The position numbers and the translations under genes were made by a program. A model generated the notes under the pieces. It worked only from the letters and a program-made list of their open reading frames with translations. It did no database searches and was not told where the DNA came from. Below are positions 42,070 through 53,583 of a stretch of 64,000 bases of DNA, one piece after another. The stretch comes from an uncultured Actinomycetota bacterium (GTDB taxonomy: Bacteria > Actinomycetota > Actinomycetes > JAHEKZ01): positions 512,001 through 576,000 of the forward strand of contig CAVURN010000003.1 of assembly GCA_963743915.1 (NCBI GenBank). Reading direction: 5' to 3'. The first letter of the stretch is position 1. Every line of letters starts with the position of its first letter.

Positions 42070-43049
42070 GGGGCCACCGTCCGCGCGGACGCGGCGCGCC
42101 GCAGGCGGTCGCGCACCGCGTGCCCGACGCCCTCGTCGGGAGGGAGCACCGCGACGACGGTGTCCAGTCCGGCCTCGTCGGCGGCGCGCAACGCGGCGTA
42201 GAGCAGGTGCGCGTACTCGGTGTCGTCGGTCGGGGCCGCGAGTCGTTCGTGCGGGATGCCGGGGTCGGCGAGGTCCGCCAGGGCGATCAGCCCGAACCGG
42301 ACGGGTGCCAACGTGGCGGCGAGCGCGGCCAGGTCCTCCGGCTCGGTGACGAGCACGCGTGCGCGGGGCGCGTAGTGGGACTCCGTGCTCCCTGGCGCAC
42401 GGACGCCCGCAGCGTCGCGGACGACGACCAGCCCGGTCAGCTGCTCGACCTGGGCCACGGTGACCGCACCCGAACGCAGCAGCCGAGGGTGTTCGTCCCA
42501 GGCGCCGATGATGGTGGACTCCACCCCGACCGGGCAGCGGCCACCGTCGAGCACGAGGTCGCGGTCGGCGTCCAGCAGCGGTCCGAGCTCGTCGACGACG
42601 TGCTGGGCGGTGGTGGGGCTGACCTGTCCGTAACGGTTGGCCGAGGGAGCCGCCAGGCCGCCGCCGAAGGCGCGCAGCACGGCGAGCGTGAGTGGGTGCG
42701 CCGGCACCCGCAGGCCGACGGTCGGCTGCCCGCCGGTGACGGCGTCCAGCACCCCCTCGCCGCGCGGCACGACCAGCGTGAGGGGTCCGGGCCAGACGGA
42801 GTCAGCGAGGGCACGCGCCCAGGGCGGGACGGCGGTCGCCCAGTCGTCGAGCATCTCGGGACCGGGCAGGTGGACGATCACGGGGTGAGTGGCGGGGCGT
42901 CCCTTGGTCGCGAAGATGCGGTGCACGGCCTCGGCGCTGCGCGCGTCGCCGGCGAGCCCGTACACCGTCTCGGTCGGAAGCGCGACCAGCCCACCGCGGC
43001 GCAGGCTCTGCACGGCGGCGTCGACGTCCCGGGTCACGGCGATCGGCAC
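42066..43049 (-). CDS. L-threonylcarbamoyladenylate synthase (Sua5 type)
   Basis: PTETVYGL, KGRP..HP.IVH, APSAN, APG...HYAP, DRLRRA. Confidence 0.92.
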   Translation of the reverse strand: MPIAVTRDVDAAVQSLRRGGLVALPTETVYGLAGDARSAEAVHRIFATKGRPATHPVIVHLPGPEMLDDWATAVPPWARALADSVWPGPLTLVVPRGEGVLDAVTGGQPTVGLRVPAHPLTLAVLRAFGGGLAAPSANRYGQVSPTTAQHVVDELGPLLDADRDLVLDGGRCPVGVESTIIGAWDEHPRLLRSGAVTVAQVEQLTGLVVVRDAAGVRAPGSTESHYAPRARVLVTEPEDLAALAATLAPVRFGLIALADLADPGIPHERLAAPTDDTEYAHLLYAALRAADEAGLDTVVAVLPPDEGVGHAVRDRLRRAASARTVAP

Positions 43050-43105
43050 ACGTCCAGTGTGGCGGCAGTGCCGGTCGGGGTGCGCAGAGGCCCGACGGGT
43101 GGGCC

Positions 43106-43369
43106 TCAGGCAGCCGTGCTGGCGCTCTCCGCTGCCTCCCGGCGGGCCCGCCGCTGGCGGGAGCGTCGCAGCGACCGTCGCTCGACCTCGGTGAGGCCGC
43201 CCCAGACCCCGTGGTCGAGCCGCGTGGCCAGGGCGAACTCCAGGCACTGGGTGCGCACCGGGCAGCCACGGCAGATCGCCTTGGCCTCCAGGGACGGGTC
43301 CGAGGGGCGCTCGGGGAAGAACACGTCGGGGTCGATGGCCCGGCAGCTCGCCTCGTCATCCCATTTCAT
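43106..43369 (-). CDS. WhiB family transcriptional regulator
   Basis: C..DPDVFFP, CRGCPVRTQC, GVWGG. Confidence 0.92.
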   Translation of the reverse strand: MKWDDEASCRAIDPDVFFPERPSDPSLEAKAICRGCPVRTQCLEFALATRLDHGVWGGLTEVERRSLRRSRQRRARREAAESASTAA

Positions 43370-43586
43370 GCAGCACCTCCGCGTGCTCTCGTCCCTGGCG
43401 AGACCAGTAGGACGCGGCGGGCGGGCCCCCGGTTCCCTCCGAGCAGTGAAGAGTGCGGCCGTCTGGCGGCCGGAACCGTCAGCCGTGCGCCGTGCACCTG
43501 GCAGTCGGTTGGTGGTGGTCACAGCAGCCCCGCACGTGGAAACTCTTGCCGATCTCGTCGGCCGAAGTTTCCGCAACCGGGACCGG

Positions 43587-45212
43587 CTAGCGGACGACCG
43601 CCTTGATCGACGCTCGGAGGTTCTGGTCGCGGGGGATGCCGCCGTAGCACGAGAACTGGGTCAGGCCCGAGTAGCACTTGCTGAAGGCGTCACTGGCGTT
43701 GCCGACGGTGAGCACCACCCGTTGCACGTCTCCTGGAGAGAACCCCACGCGGATGGATCCGTCACCCTTGCGGTTGAGCGCGATGCGGCGGATCCCGGAG
43801 GTGCTGCCGTCGTCGCGGACCACGAGCAGCCGGGCCACGGGAGAGGTTCTCCGGGACGGCAGGTCGACGGTGATCGCCAGACGAGCGTCGGAACGCAGCC
43901 GGTCACCCGGCAGGATGCGGACGGGTGCGTAGGAGAGATGGTCGAGGGTGAAGCGACGCCACCCGGTGCTGTCACCGGTCCTCGTGAGTCGGTAGCTGCC
44001 GACCGACGCCGACGGGTAGGCGGAGCCCTCTTCGAGGAACTCGTCCGGTTCGGCGATGGCCAGACCGAAGTCGCCGAGCACCGCGGTGAGGTCAGCCCCC
44101 CGCTTGCGCAGGACGCGCTCGAGTGCCGTGAGCGAGTAGTCGTCGGGGCCGGTGGGGGAGGCGTCCGCACGTTGCCACACCGACCACATCAGGCCCGGCC
44201 CGAACCGCTCGGTGAGGTAGCGCCAGAACCCCCACGACCCGTACCGGCTTGCCCCCTTGGAGACGTCGAGGGAGAGCCACGGCCGAGCGAACTGGCTGAC
44301 GGCGAGGTACTGGCGGTTGTCGTTGACGCTGTCGTAGACCTCGTCCTCGATCCAGGCCGCGGATCCCTCGGCGAGCCAGAGGTCCTCGGTGGCGTCGTAG
44401 GCGAACTGGATCGCGTGGAAGAACTCGTGGGCGGCGGTGACCTTGAGGTTCTCCAGCGGGGTGTTGCGGCTGCCGAACTCGCCCTTGGCGTAGTCCTCGT
44501 CCAGGACGCAGTAGGACGCGAAGTCGTAGTACCGGTAGTTGGACGTGCGGAGCGCCCGTGAGTCGTCGATGGCGCAGTACCCGTAGAGGCCCGAGTCGCC
44601 GATGTCGCTCAGATAGACGTCGAAGCGGGGGTCGTCGTCGTCGATCGAGGCCCGCTCGTCGGTCAGCGGTTCCCGGAACCCCATGTCGTCGATCTCGACC
44701 GTCCAGACCGACTCCATCACCGCGAGGGTCCGCTCCACCTGGTTGGGGACACCGTCGACGTCACGGTCACCTGGGTACGGAGCGTCGTCCCCGCTCTCGG
44801 TCCAGTGCACGCAGAGGGGCAGGGTGGTCGAGCAACCAAGGTCGTCCCGGGACGCCTGTGCCTCCGGTCCCTGCCAGATGGCGCCGGAGTCCGCTGCCTG
44901 TCGACCGCCGTTGGGCCGGGCCAGCAGGGCCCGGGCGGTGCGCCGGTCGGCCCGGTCGAGGGCCGGCAGCGCCAGGGCCAGCTCGCGCAGCGCGAGGGTG
45001 GCGTCGGGCTGATGACCGGTTCCGTCGCCGGCGAGCACCTGCTGGGCCAGCGCGAGCGCCTGCTCGGCGTCGGTCGCGACCGGGGCGAAAGCCGGTGGCC
45101 CGTCGACGTCCGCCGATGCGGAGGTGACGCTGACGGCAGCCAAGGGCAGGGCCAGCGCACCGGCCAGGACGAGAGCCAGAGCGCGCCGCGGCGCGCGTGG
45201 CAGGTGAGCCAT
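43587..45212 (-). CDS. Secreted zinc metalloprotease (MXAN_6640-like)
   Basis: Signal peptide, VTAAHEFFHAIQ, WLAEGSA. Confidence 0.8.
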   Translation of the reverse strand: MAHLPRAPRRALALVLAGALALPLAAVSVTSASADVDGPPAFAPVATDAEQALALAQQVLAGDGTGHQPDATLALRELALALPALDRADRRTARALLARPNGGRQAADSGAIWQGPEAQASRDDLGCSTTLPLCVHWTESGDDAPYPGDRDVDGVPNQVERTLAVMESVWTVEIDDMGFREPLTDERASIDDDDPRFDVYLSDIGDSGLYGYCAIDDSRALRTSNYRYYDFASYCVLDEDYAKGEFGSRNTPLENLKVTAAHEFFHAIQFAYDATEDLWLAEGSAAWIEDEVYDSVNDNRQYLAVSQFARPWLSLDVSKGASRYGSWGFWRYLTERFGPGLMWSVWQRADASPTGPDDYSLTALERVLRKRGADLTAVLGDFGLAIAEPDEFLEEGSAYPSASVGSYRLTRTGDSTGWRRFTLDHLSYAPVRILPGDRLRSDARLAITVDLPSRRTSPVARLLVVRDDGSTSGIRRIALNRKGDGSIRVGFSPGDVQRVVLTVGNASDAFSKCYSGLTQFSCYGGIPRDQNLRASIKAVVR

Positions 45213-45262
45213 GGATCCCCGATCGAGAAAGACCGCCTCTGGGGCGGTGCCGAGCACCCAGT

Positions 45263-46919
45263 CTACCTGTCCGGGTCGGCCCATCGAGGGGACGTGGAGC
45301 GCGGGGGGAAGAGCGTGGCGCGGTAGACGATCAGCCGCGGGTCGCCGGACACGGCCGCGCGGGCCAGCGCGTCGCGGAGGTCGTCGGGGGCGTCCGGTCG
45401 GTCGATCGGCAGGGCGAACGCCGCAGCGAGCTCTTCCCACCGGGGCCCGAGCAGGTCGACGCCGCGCTCGGGGTGTCCGCCGCGCTGCTGGTCGAACCGG
45501 AGCATGCCGTAGCCCCCGTCGTCCACGACGAGGAGCGTGACGGGCAGGTTGAGCTGGCGGACGGTGGCCAGCTCGCCGAGCGCCATGGCGAGCCCGCCGT
45601 CACCCACGACCGCCAGCGTGGGGGTGCCGCTCGCTGCGACGCCGATGGCGGCCGGCAGTCCGTAGCCGAGCGTCCCCCAGCCGACGGGGTAGAGCATCTG
45701 ACGGGAGCGTCGGACCGCTGCGTAGCCGCCGACCCAGTAGCCCGCGACCGCCATGTCGCACACGATCGCGTTGGCGTCCGGCCAGGCGCGCTCGACGGCG
45801 TCCACGACTGCCACGGCCTCACGGGTGCGGGCGTCGGTGGCGGCATCGGCGCGGACGGCGTCGCGGATGCGGAAGGGCGAGTCCGCCCACGGCTCGCGTC
45901 CGGCGAGGCGCAGCGTGACCGCGTCGACGAACGCGGCCACGTCGGCGGCGATGGTGAGGTCGGGGTCGAAGGCTCCGCTCGGGGCCAGGTTGACGTCGAT
46001 CACCGCTGCCGGACGCGGCAGCGACCAGTGCGCCGTGGTCATGCCGTCGAGCGCCGAGCCGAGCACGACCAGCAGGTCGGCGTCGGCGAGCAGCTCGCGA
46101 GCGCGGGGCTCCATGGCCGGCACGTCGACGAGCAGCGGGTGGCCCGACGGCAGCACTCCGCGACCGGCGTACGTGGCGAACACGGGTGCGCCCAGCCGCC
46201 ACGCGAGCGCCTCGACGTCGGCACCCGCGGCGACGGCGCCGCCTCCGACCCAGAGCGCCGGGCGGCGCGCGCGGGCCACCAGCTCGGCGGCCGCCGCGAT
46301 CTCCGACACCGACGGGGTGGCCGCGGGTGCTGGGCGCGCGGCCGGGACAGGGGGCGCGGGCGCGTTCAGCACGTCCGCGGGGATGCCGAGGTAGACCGGC
46401 CCGCGGGGGTGGGTCAGCGCGGTCGCGATGGCATCTGCGGCGGAACGGACGGCGTCCGCAGGGGTGGTGGGCTGCAGCGACGCCTTGGCCAGCGGGGCGA
46501 ACCACGCACCCGGGTCGGCGGACTCGTGCAGCAGGCCGCGCGGCCGAGCCCGGTCGCGGAGCGCCTCCGGGACGTCGCTGGCGATCACGAGCAGCGGGAC
46601 GCCGCTCGCCGCTGCCTCGCCGAACGCGCCGAGGGTGTTGGCCGCCCCCGGTCCGCTGGTGACGAGCGCGACGCCGAGGCCGCCGGTCGAGCGGGCGAGT
46701 CCGTCGGCGGCGTACGCCGCGGTCTGCTCGTGGCGCACCGTGTGGATCTGCACGCCGGACGGATGCCGGTCGTCGCCGTCGAGGCTGCGCCAGAACGGGA
46801 GGTTGTGCACACCCGGGAGGCCGAAGGCGGTGCGGACGCCGGCGTCCGCGAGTGCGTCGAGGATGCGGTCAGCGGTGGTGGACGCCGGTGGTGGGGCCGG
46901 TGGTGGACACGCGCCCCAT
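45263..46919 (-). CDS. Thiamine pyrophosphate-binding enzyme (acetolactate synthase-like); start approximate
   Basis: FGLPGVHN, RHEQ, SGPGAAN, GDGG..DGGYG. Confidence 0.87.
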
Positions 46920-47002
46920 CCTTTCCCAAGAACGACGCATTCACCCGCACTGGTGGAACACGCGCCGCACTCACGCGGTGGACGGGGCCGGTGACGTCGG
47001 AG

Positions 47003-47635
47003 CTAGCGCGTCCAGACGGGTGCGATGTTCTTGCGGTAGCCGCGTCCGAACAGGGCGGTGAGAGCCGAGAGCACGGGGCCGGGAACCCCGTCCGTCACGG
47101 CCGCTCGCTGGGCCGGGGTCGCGCCGTCGAGCATCCACGCGAAGAAGCGACCGCCACGAGCGGGGCTGACCTTGGCGAACTTCTTGCCCATCGCCTTGAT
47201 CTCGGGGTGGTCGCGGTTCTGCTGGTACACGTCCTCGAGCTCGGCCTCCTCGTGGTCGAGGTGCGCCACCGCGGCGTTGCGCAGCTGCTGCATCGCGCTC
47301 AGCGCGATCTGTGCATGCTCGGCGCTGGGGACGCGGTTCAGGTCGGCCATGGCGCGTCGGGCGTCGCCCAGCGCGGCCGCCATGGTGTCGTGCTCGGCGT
47401 CCATGGTGTCGAGCAGCTCGCGGCTGACGCCGACCGCCTCCAGGTGCGGCCACGCGATGGTGTGCTCGCCCTCGTGGTGGTGCGTGAGCTGGTCGTCGAA
47501 GTTCTCCCAGGCCGCGGCCAGCTGCTGGGCGCGGACCGCGTCCCCGGCGGGGAAGTCGCCGAGGGCGGCGATGAAGCGGTCGAGGTCGCGGCGGAAGGCT
47601 CCGTGGATCGCCTTGTTCATGCTCATCTCAGCCAT
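47003..47635 (-). CDS. Hemerythrin domain protein
   Basis: H..FRRD, HHEGEH, EH, HLDHEE. Confidence 0.85.
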   Translation of the reverse strand: MAEMSMNKAIHGAFRRDLDRFIAALGDFPAGDAVRAQQLAAAWENFDDQLTHHHEGEHTIAWPHLEAVGVSRELLDTMDAEHDTMAAALGDARRAMADLNRVPSAEHAQIALSAMQQLRNAAVAHLDHEEAELEDVYQQNRDHPEIKAMGKKFAKVSPARGGRFFAWMLDGATPAQRAAVTDGVPGPVLSALTALFGRGYRKNIAPVWTR

Positions 47636-47681
47636 GCGAGGAGGGTACGGCGATCCGCGAGGTCGCTCTAGGGTGACGAGC

Positions 47682-49217
47682 ATGGCGATTTCGAGCTCGG
47701 CAGGCACCCCGTTCGTCAAGCACAACCCGGCCAACACGTCCGACGTGGTCTGGAGCGGTGAGCTGGCGGCGTCCGACGTGCTTCGTGGACGCCGCGCGGC
47801 GTGCGCGGGAGGCGCAGCGTGAGTGGGCGCAGATCCCGGCCCCGGCGCGCGGACGCGTGATCGCGCAGGTCGGCCGGCTGGTCGAGGCGAACAAGGAGCG
47901 GCTGGCGGGGCTCGTGACCCGCGAGATCGGCAAGCCGTACGCGGAGGCGCTCGGCGAGGTGCAGGAGGTCGTCGACACGTGCGACTTCTTCCTCGGTGAG
48001 GGACGTCGGCTGTACGGGCAGACCGTGCCGAGCGAGATGCCCGACAAGCAGCTGTTCACGTTCCGCGTCCCGGTCGGAGTCGCGGCGGTGGTGACGGCGG
48101 GCAACTTCCCGGCTGCCGTGCCGTCCTGGTACCTCGTGCCGGCGCTGCTGTGCGGCAACGCCGTGGTGTGGAAGCCGGCCGAGACGGCGAACGCGGTGGC
48201 GGAGGCGCTGACCGCGCTGTTCCACGCCGGCGGTGTGCCGGCCGACGTGCTGCAGACGGTGCCGATGGCCGGGCAGGAGACGTTCCAGGGTCTCACCGGC
48301 GCGTTGGAGGCGGGGTTCGTCGACAAGGTCGGCTTCACCGGCTCGACCGAGGTGGGCCGGGCGATCGGTGAGCTGTGCGGTCGGCACCTGCAGTCACCGT
48401 GCCTGGAGCTCGGCGGCAAGAACCCGATGGTCGTCATGCCGGACGCCGACCTCGACCTGGCCGTCGAGGGGGCGCTCTTCGGCGGGTTCGGCACGGCGGG
48501 GCAGCGGTGCACGTCGCTCGGCACGGTGTGGGTGCACCGCTCGGTGCACGACGCGTTCGTCGACGCCTTCGCCGATGCCGTGGAGACAGCCGTCATCGGT
48601 GACCCGACGCAGGACGTGCTGTACGGACCGATGATCGACGAGCGGTTCCTGCAGCGGTTCGAGGGATGGCTCGACCTCGTGCAGCCGCACCACACGCTGC
48701 GAGGGTCGACGGGGACCGGACGCATCACGTCGTCCAACCCGCGCAAGGGCTTCGTCGGTGACCCGGACGCGGGTCTGTTCGCGCATCCGACGATCGCGGT
48801 GGGCGTGCAGGCGTCCGACGCTCTGTACCGGACCGAGACGTTCGGGCCGTTGGTCGGCGTCGGCGTGTTCGACGACCTCGACGAGGCGCTCGCGTTGGCG
48901 AACGGTCACGGGTACGGGCTCTCGTCCTCGATCTACACGCGCGACCCGGAGGCGGTGTGGCGGTTCCGCCAGGGGAGTCAGCGCCGGCATGGTCAGCGTC
49001 AACAACTCGACGTCCGGCGCGGAGGCGCACCTGCCGTTCGGCGGGAACGGCAAGAGCGGCAACGGCTCACGCCAGAGCGGCATGTGGGTGCTCGACCAGT
49101 TCACCCGCTGGCAGGCGATGAACTGGGACTACAGCGGCCGACTCCAAAAAGCCCAGATGGACACCGCATCGGTGACCGACGCTCTTGGCCGGCGAGCCCG
49201 ACTTCCGCCTCCCCTGA
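47682..49217 (+). CDS. Aldehyde dehydrogenase; several frameshifts
   Basis: GNFP, WKPAE, FTGS, LELGGKN, GQRCT, ETFGP, PFGG. Confidence 0.9.
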
Positions 49218-49336
49218 GGGTGCGGTGTGACACCGATCCCGTTGATTGCAGGGATCGGCACACCCATGGTCGAACGCCACCCACCGTGGGTGGCGACCAA
49301 ACCTTCATTGATCGTCTGCGGTGTCACACCGCACCC
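49218..49336. repeat. 119-bp element with perfect 18-bp terminal inverted repeats (MITE-like or structured RNA)
   Basis: GGGTGCGGTGTGACACCG ... CGGTGTCACACCGCACCC with two internal hairpins. Confidence 0.6.
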
Positions 49337-49349
49337 AAAGGGGGGTGGG

Positions 49350-49934
49350 TCAGGCGAGGGCGCCTTCGGCGAAGGCTTGGGCGTCCGCGTCGCTCTGGAA
49401 GACGAGCACCGTCGCGACCGAGTCCTGGATCCACGCGTACGCGGTGCCACCGGCACTCGGTGCGGACACCTTGACGACCTTGGTGCCGTTGATCTCCTCG
49501 TAGTCCGGCTCGACGTCGCTGCCGGCGATCCCGCCGGCGAAGCCCGGCAGGAAGCCGTCCTCGAACCCGGGAGTGTTGGCCGCCTCCGGGTCGATCGAGA
49601 TCCGCATGATCAGACCGGCCTGCTCCCCGTCCTTGAGCACCAGCTGACCCGCGGCCTTGCCGACCTGGGGCGTGCCCTTGACGGCGGCGTCGAAGGCGTC
49701 GAGCGCAGCGGCCGGGAGCTTCTGGTACGTGTAGCCGTCGACCTCGGGGAAGTCGTCGAGCGCGGCCGGTGCGGAGGTCTCCTCCGGCTGCGACGACGGC
49801 GACTCCTCGGGCGAGCTGCTCACCTCGGGCGAACCGGCGGCCGGCTCCGGTGTCGAGTCGTCGGAGGAGCAACCACCGAGCACGAGCAGCGCGGAGGCGG
49901 CGAGGGCAGCGACAAGGGTCGCGGAGCGGCGCAT
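49350..49934 (-). CDS. Lipoprotein, hypothetical
   Basis: Lipobox LGGC followed by S/P/E-rich linker. Confidence 0.78.
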   Translation of the reverse strand: MRRSATLVAALAASALLVLGGCSSDDSTPEPAAGSPEVSSSPEESPSSQPEETSAPAALDDFPEVDGYTYQKLPAAALDAFDAAVKGTPQVGKAAGQLVLKDGEQAGLIMRISIDPEAANTPGFEDGFLPGFAGGIAGSDVEPDYEEINGTKVVKVSAPSAGGTAYAWIQDSVATVLVFQSDADAQAFAEGALA

Positions 49935-50009
49935 GGGAGACCTCGATCTCATCTGGGTGTCTTCACCCTAGTCTTCGGCAGGTGCCCGGCCGTGCCTTAC
50001 GGTGCTGGG

Positions 50010-50327
50010 GTGAGCGATGTCGCCGAGGTGCTGCGGGCCAAGCGGGCCGAGGTGCTGGCGGAGATGGGGCAGCTCACCGAGCCCACCCCCGACACCGGTG
50101 GCATCTCGTTCGGCAAGCGCGTCGGTGACGGCACCAGCATCGCCGTGGAGCGCATCACCCAGGTCGCGGCGCACGACCGGCTGCAGGTGGTGCTCGCCGA
50201 GATCGACCGCGTCGAGGCCAAGCTCGACGAGGGCAGCTACGGCGTCTGCGACGTCTGCGGGACGCCGATCGCTGCGGCCCGCCTCGAGGCACGTCCGTGG
50301 TCGACCCACTGCGTCGCGTGCGCGTGA
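50010..50327 (+). CDS. TraR/DksA C4-type zinc finger protein
   Basis: YGVCDVCG..I...RLEARP...CVAC. Confidence 0.88.
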   Translation: MSDVAEVLRAKRAEVLAEMGQLTEPTPDTGGISFGKRVGDGTSIAVERITQVAAHDRLQVVLAEIDRVEAKLDEGSYGVCDVCGTPIAAARLEARPWSTHCVACA

Positions 50328-50343
50328 GCGATCCGCTGCCACG

Positions 50344-50757
50344 ATGATGAGGCGAGCGCTGCGGACGACGGTTCCGTTCGGGTTGGCCGCCGGCACCCTG
50401 TACTTCATCATCATCGGGTTCACCGCGACGCTGTTCACCGTGTTCGGGATCGAGGGGTTCTCGGCCCTCGAGCTCGTGCTCTTCATCGGCGTCGGTGCGG
50501 GGCTAGGCCTGGTGCTCGGCGTCGTCGTGGGTGTCGTCCTGGGCGCGACCGTCCGACCGGGCGGGACGCCGACGCGTCAACGGGTCATCGGGGCGTTCGC
50601 CGGTGGGCTTCCGGTTCTCGTGCTGACCGGCATCGAGTACTTCACGGGAGTCGTCGGCGTCCTGGACCAGGACCCGACGACGGTGGTCGTCGTCCCGACC
50701 GCGGTCGCAGCCATCGGCTCCGCCGCCCTGGCCCCCCACCTGACGACTTCGGGGTAA
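50344..50757 (+). CDS. Hypothetical membrane protein
   Basis: Four hydrophobic segments; GC3-rich codons. Confidence 0.65.
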   Translation: MMRRALRTTVPFGLAAGTLYFIIIGFTATLFTVFGIEGFSALELVLFIGVGAGLGLVLGVVVGVVLGATVRPGGTPTRQRVIGAFAGGLPVLVLTGIEYFTGVVGVLDQDPTTVVVVPTAVAAIGSAALAPHLTTSG

Positions 50758-50802
50758 TCCGTCAGGGTCATGACCCGGAGGAGTTTCCCCAAAGGTGTGC
50801 CG

Positions 50803-51735
50803 TCAGCCGAAGCGGCCGGAGACGTAGTCCTCCGTGCGCTGGTCCGCCGGGTTGGTGAAGATGTTCCGCGTCCAGTCCATCTCGACGAGGCGACCGTGCC
50901 GCTCGCCGTGCTCGTCGACCTCGGCGGTGAAGAACGCCGTGCGGTCCGAGACGCGCGCCGCCTGCTGCATGTTGTGGGTCACGATGATGATCGTGTAGTT
51001 CTTCACCAGGTTGTGCATGAGGTCCTCGATCTTCGTCGTCGAGATCGGGTCCAGGGACGCGGCCGGCTCGTCCATGAGGATGACGTCCGGCTCGACAGCG
51101 ATGCAGCGAGCGATGCACAGCCGCTGCTGCTGGCCGCCGGAGAGCGCGAACGCGCTGTCCTTCAGCTTGTCCTTCACCTCGTCCCAGAGCGCCGCCTTGG
51201 TCAGGGACTCCTCGACGAGGTCGTCCATGTTGGAGACCTTCCAGCCGTTGACGCGCGGGCCGTACGCGATGTTGTCGTAGATCGACTTGGGGAACGGGTT
51301 CGGCTTCTGGAAGACCATGCCGACGCGTCGCCGCACCTCGATGATGTCGACGTCGGGGGCGTAGAGGTCCTGCCCGTGGTAGGTGATCTTCCCGGTGATG
51401 GTTGCGCCGGGAATCAGGTCGTTCATCCGGTCGAAGCAGCGCAGCACCGTGGACTTGCCGCAGCCGGACGGGCCGATCAGCGCGGTGATCTGGTTCTTTC
51501 CGAACACCATGTCGACGTTGCGGACCGCCTCGTAGTCGCCGTAGTAGACCGACAGGTCGATCGTCTCGATGACCGGGTCGACGGTGGCGTTGTTCGGGGC
51601 CTCGGTGGACGCCACCGAGCTCACGTTGAGCGAGGGCATTCGCTGGGACTCGCTGGGGGTCGTGTCCATGGCTCCCGCCGGTCTCGTGATGTGCGTCCTG
51701 CTCGACTCATGATCGATGGTCATGGCCTTCTTCAC
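50803..51735 (-). CDS. pstB: Phosphate ABC transporter ATPase
   Basis: [29 protein letters not shown]. Confidence 0.96.
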   Translation of the reverse strand: MKKAMTIDHESSRTHITRPAGAMDTTPSESQRMPSLNVSSVASTEAPNNATVDPVIETIDLSVYYGDYEAVRNVDMVFGKNQITALIGPSGCGKSTVLRCFDRMNDLIPGATITGKITYHGQDLYAPDVDIIEVRRRVGMVFQKPNPFPKSIYDNIAYGPRVNGWKVSNMDDLVEESLTKAALWDEVKDKLKDSAFALSGGQQQRLCIARCIAVEPDVILMDEPAASLDPISTTKIEDLMHNLVKNYTIIIVTHNMQQAARVSDRTAFFTAEVDEHGERHGRLVEMDWTRNIFTNPADQRTEDYVSGRFG

Positions 51736-52628
51736 CAGCGCTTCTGGGTCTTGTTCCGGATGTAGATGGCTACCGAGTTCATGGCGAGGAGGATCACGAG
51801 CAGGACGACGCTGGCCGCGGCCGCGAGCTCCTTGAACTCAGCACGGGACTCGGTCGTCCACTGGAAGATCTGGATCGGGAGCGCCGTGAAGGACGACATG
51901 AGGCCGTCCGGGTTGAACCGGACGAACCCGATCCCGAGCATGATCAACGGTGCGGCCTCGCCGATCGCCCGCGACAGGGCGAGGATCGACCCCGTGGCCA
52001 TGCCCGGCGTCGCCGCGGGCAGCACCTGGCGCCAGATGGTCTGCCACTGGGTGGCGCCGAGCGCCAGCGACCCCATGCGGATCGAACGCGGGACGGCGCG
52101 GATGGCCTCGCGGCTGGCGATCACGACGGTGGGCAGCACCAGCAGGGCCAGCGTGAGCGATCCGGTGAGGATCGTCGGGCCGAAGCCGAGACCCCGGGAG
52201 ATGAACGCAAGGCCGAGGATGCCGAAGATGATCGACGGCACCGCTGCGAGGTTGAGGATGTTCACCTCGATGATGCGGTTGATGCGTGCCGTCGGGTTGG
52301 CGTACTCCTCGAGGTAGATCGCCGCCGCGATGCCGGTCGGGATCGTCCAGAGCGCCGTGAAGAACATCAGCCACAGCGTGCCGGTGATGGCCGACTGAGC
52401 CCCGGCTGTCGCCGGGTTCACCTGCGAGGGCATGTTCAGCACCAGGTCGGCGTCGAGCCTGGGCCAGCCTTTCAGGACGGTGTAGGTCAGCAGGACGACC
52501 AGCGTGACGACACCGACTGAGAGGCACGCGATGAGCATCCAACGGAAGAGCTTCTCCCTGAGGGGCTCGCCACCGGACTTCGTCAGCGACGGCCTCTCGC
52601 CACCTCGGATCATCGTCGGCGCGCTCAT
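51732..52628 (-). CDS. pstA: Phosphate ABC transporter permease
   Basis: [21 protein letters not shown]. Confidence 0.94.
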   Translation of the reverse strand: MSAPTMIRGGERPSLTKSGGEPLREKLFRWMLIACLSVGVVTLVVLLTYTVLKGWPRLDADLVLNMPSQVNPATAGAQSAITGTLWLMFFTALWTIPTGIAAAIYLEEYANPTARINRIIEVNILNLAAVPSIIFGILGLAFISRGLGFGPTILTGSLTLALLVLPTVVIASREAIRAVPRSIRMGSLALGATQWQTIWRQVLPAATPGMATGSILALSRAIGEAAPLIMLGIGFVRFNPDGLMSSFTALPIQIFQWTTESRAEFKELAAAASVVLLVILLAMNSVAIYIRNKTQKRW

Positions 52629-53575
52629 TCGTAGACCTCCCGGTACTTGCGCACCAGTCGGATGCTCAACATGTTGAGCAGGAAGGTGAAGACGAAGAGC
52701 AGCGAGCCGACCGCGAAGATCGTCTTGTACTCGATGGAGCCGGTGGGCACGTCACCGGAACCGGTGGCCGCGATGAAGGCTGTCATGGTCTCCATGAACT
52801 CGAGCGGGTTCAGTGACAGGTTGGGCTGCAGCCCGGCTGCGACGGTGACGATCATCGTCTCGCCGATGGCCCGGGAGATGCCGAGGATGAAGGCGGCGGC
52901 GATCCCGGAGAGCGCGGCCGGGACGACGACGCGCGTCGAGACCTGGCGCTTGTTGCTGCCGAGCGCGTAGGCGCCCTGACGCAGGCCGTTCGGCACGGCG
53001 GCCATGGCGTCTTCGGAGAGCGATGCGACGGTCGGGATGATCATCACGCCCATGATCAGGCCGGCTGAGAGGGCGTTGAAGGTCGTGGGAAGGGAGTCGC
53101 CGGGCACGATCGACTTCAGGATCGGGGTCATGAAGGTCAGCGCGAAGAAGCCGTAGACGACCGTGGGGATGCCGGCCAGCACCTCCAGGGTCGGCTTGAG
53201 GGCCTGCCGGACGCGTTCCGGTGCGTACTCGGACAGGTAGATCGCCGACCCCAGGCCGAGAGGGAGGGCGACGAGGCAGGCGATGAAGGTGATGACCAAG
53301 GTGCCGACGACGAGGGGCAGGACACCGAACTGAGGATCCTGGAAGAGCGGAGTCCAGTCGGTTCCGGTCAGGAAGTCAGTGATCGGTACTTCGGCGAAGA
53401 ACTCGACGGTGGGGATGACCAGGGCGACGATGATCGCCACGGTGGTGGCGACGGCTACTGACGCAGCGGTGAAGAGGACGGCCTTGATCGCCCACTCCCC
53501 GTAACGCGGTCGCTGCTGCCGCAGGAACCCTTCGGCTCCCGCGGCAGCAGCGCGCTTGTCGACCTGGATCGTCAT
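52625..53575 (-). CDS. pstC: Phosphate ABC transporter permease
   Basis: [18 protein letters not shown]. Confidence 0.94.
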   Translation of the reverse strand: MTIQVDKRAAAAGAEGFLRQQRPRYGEWAIKAVLFTAASVAVATTVAIIVALVIPTVEFFAEVPITDFLTGTDWTPLFQDPQFGVLPLVVGTLVITFIACLVALPLGLGSAIYLSEYAPERVRQALKPTLEVLAGIPTVVYGFFALTFMTPILKSIVPGDSLPTTFNALSAGLIMGVMIIPTVASLSEDAMAAVPNGLRQGAYALGSNKRQVSTRVVVPAALSGIAAAFILGISRAIGETMIVTVAAGLQPNLSLNPLEFMETMTAFIAATGSGDVPTGSIEYKTIFAVGSLLFVFTFLLNMLSIRLVRKYREVYE

Positions 53576-53583
53576 CGACAGTG

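Noticed and set aside
42120-47671. Long plus-strand ORFs of 813 and 824 aa, and similar antisense ORFs elsewhere
   Set aside because: Shadow ORFs opposite real genes, typical of high-GC DNA; no recognisable motifs.
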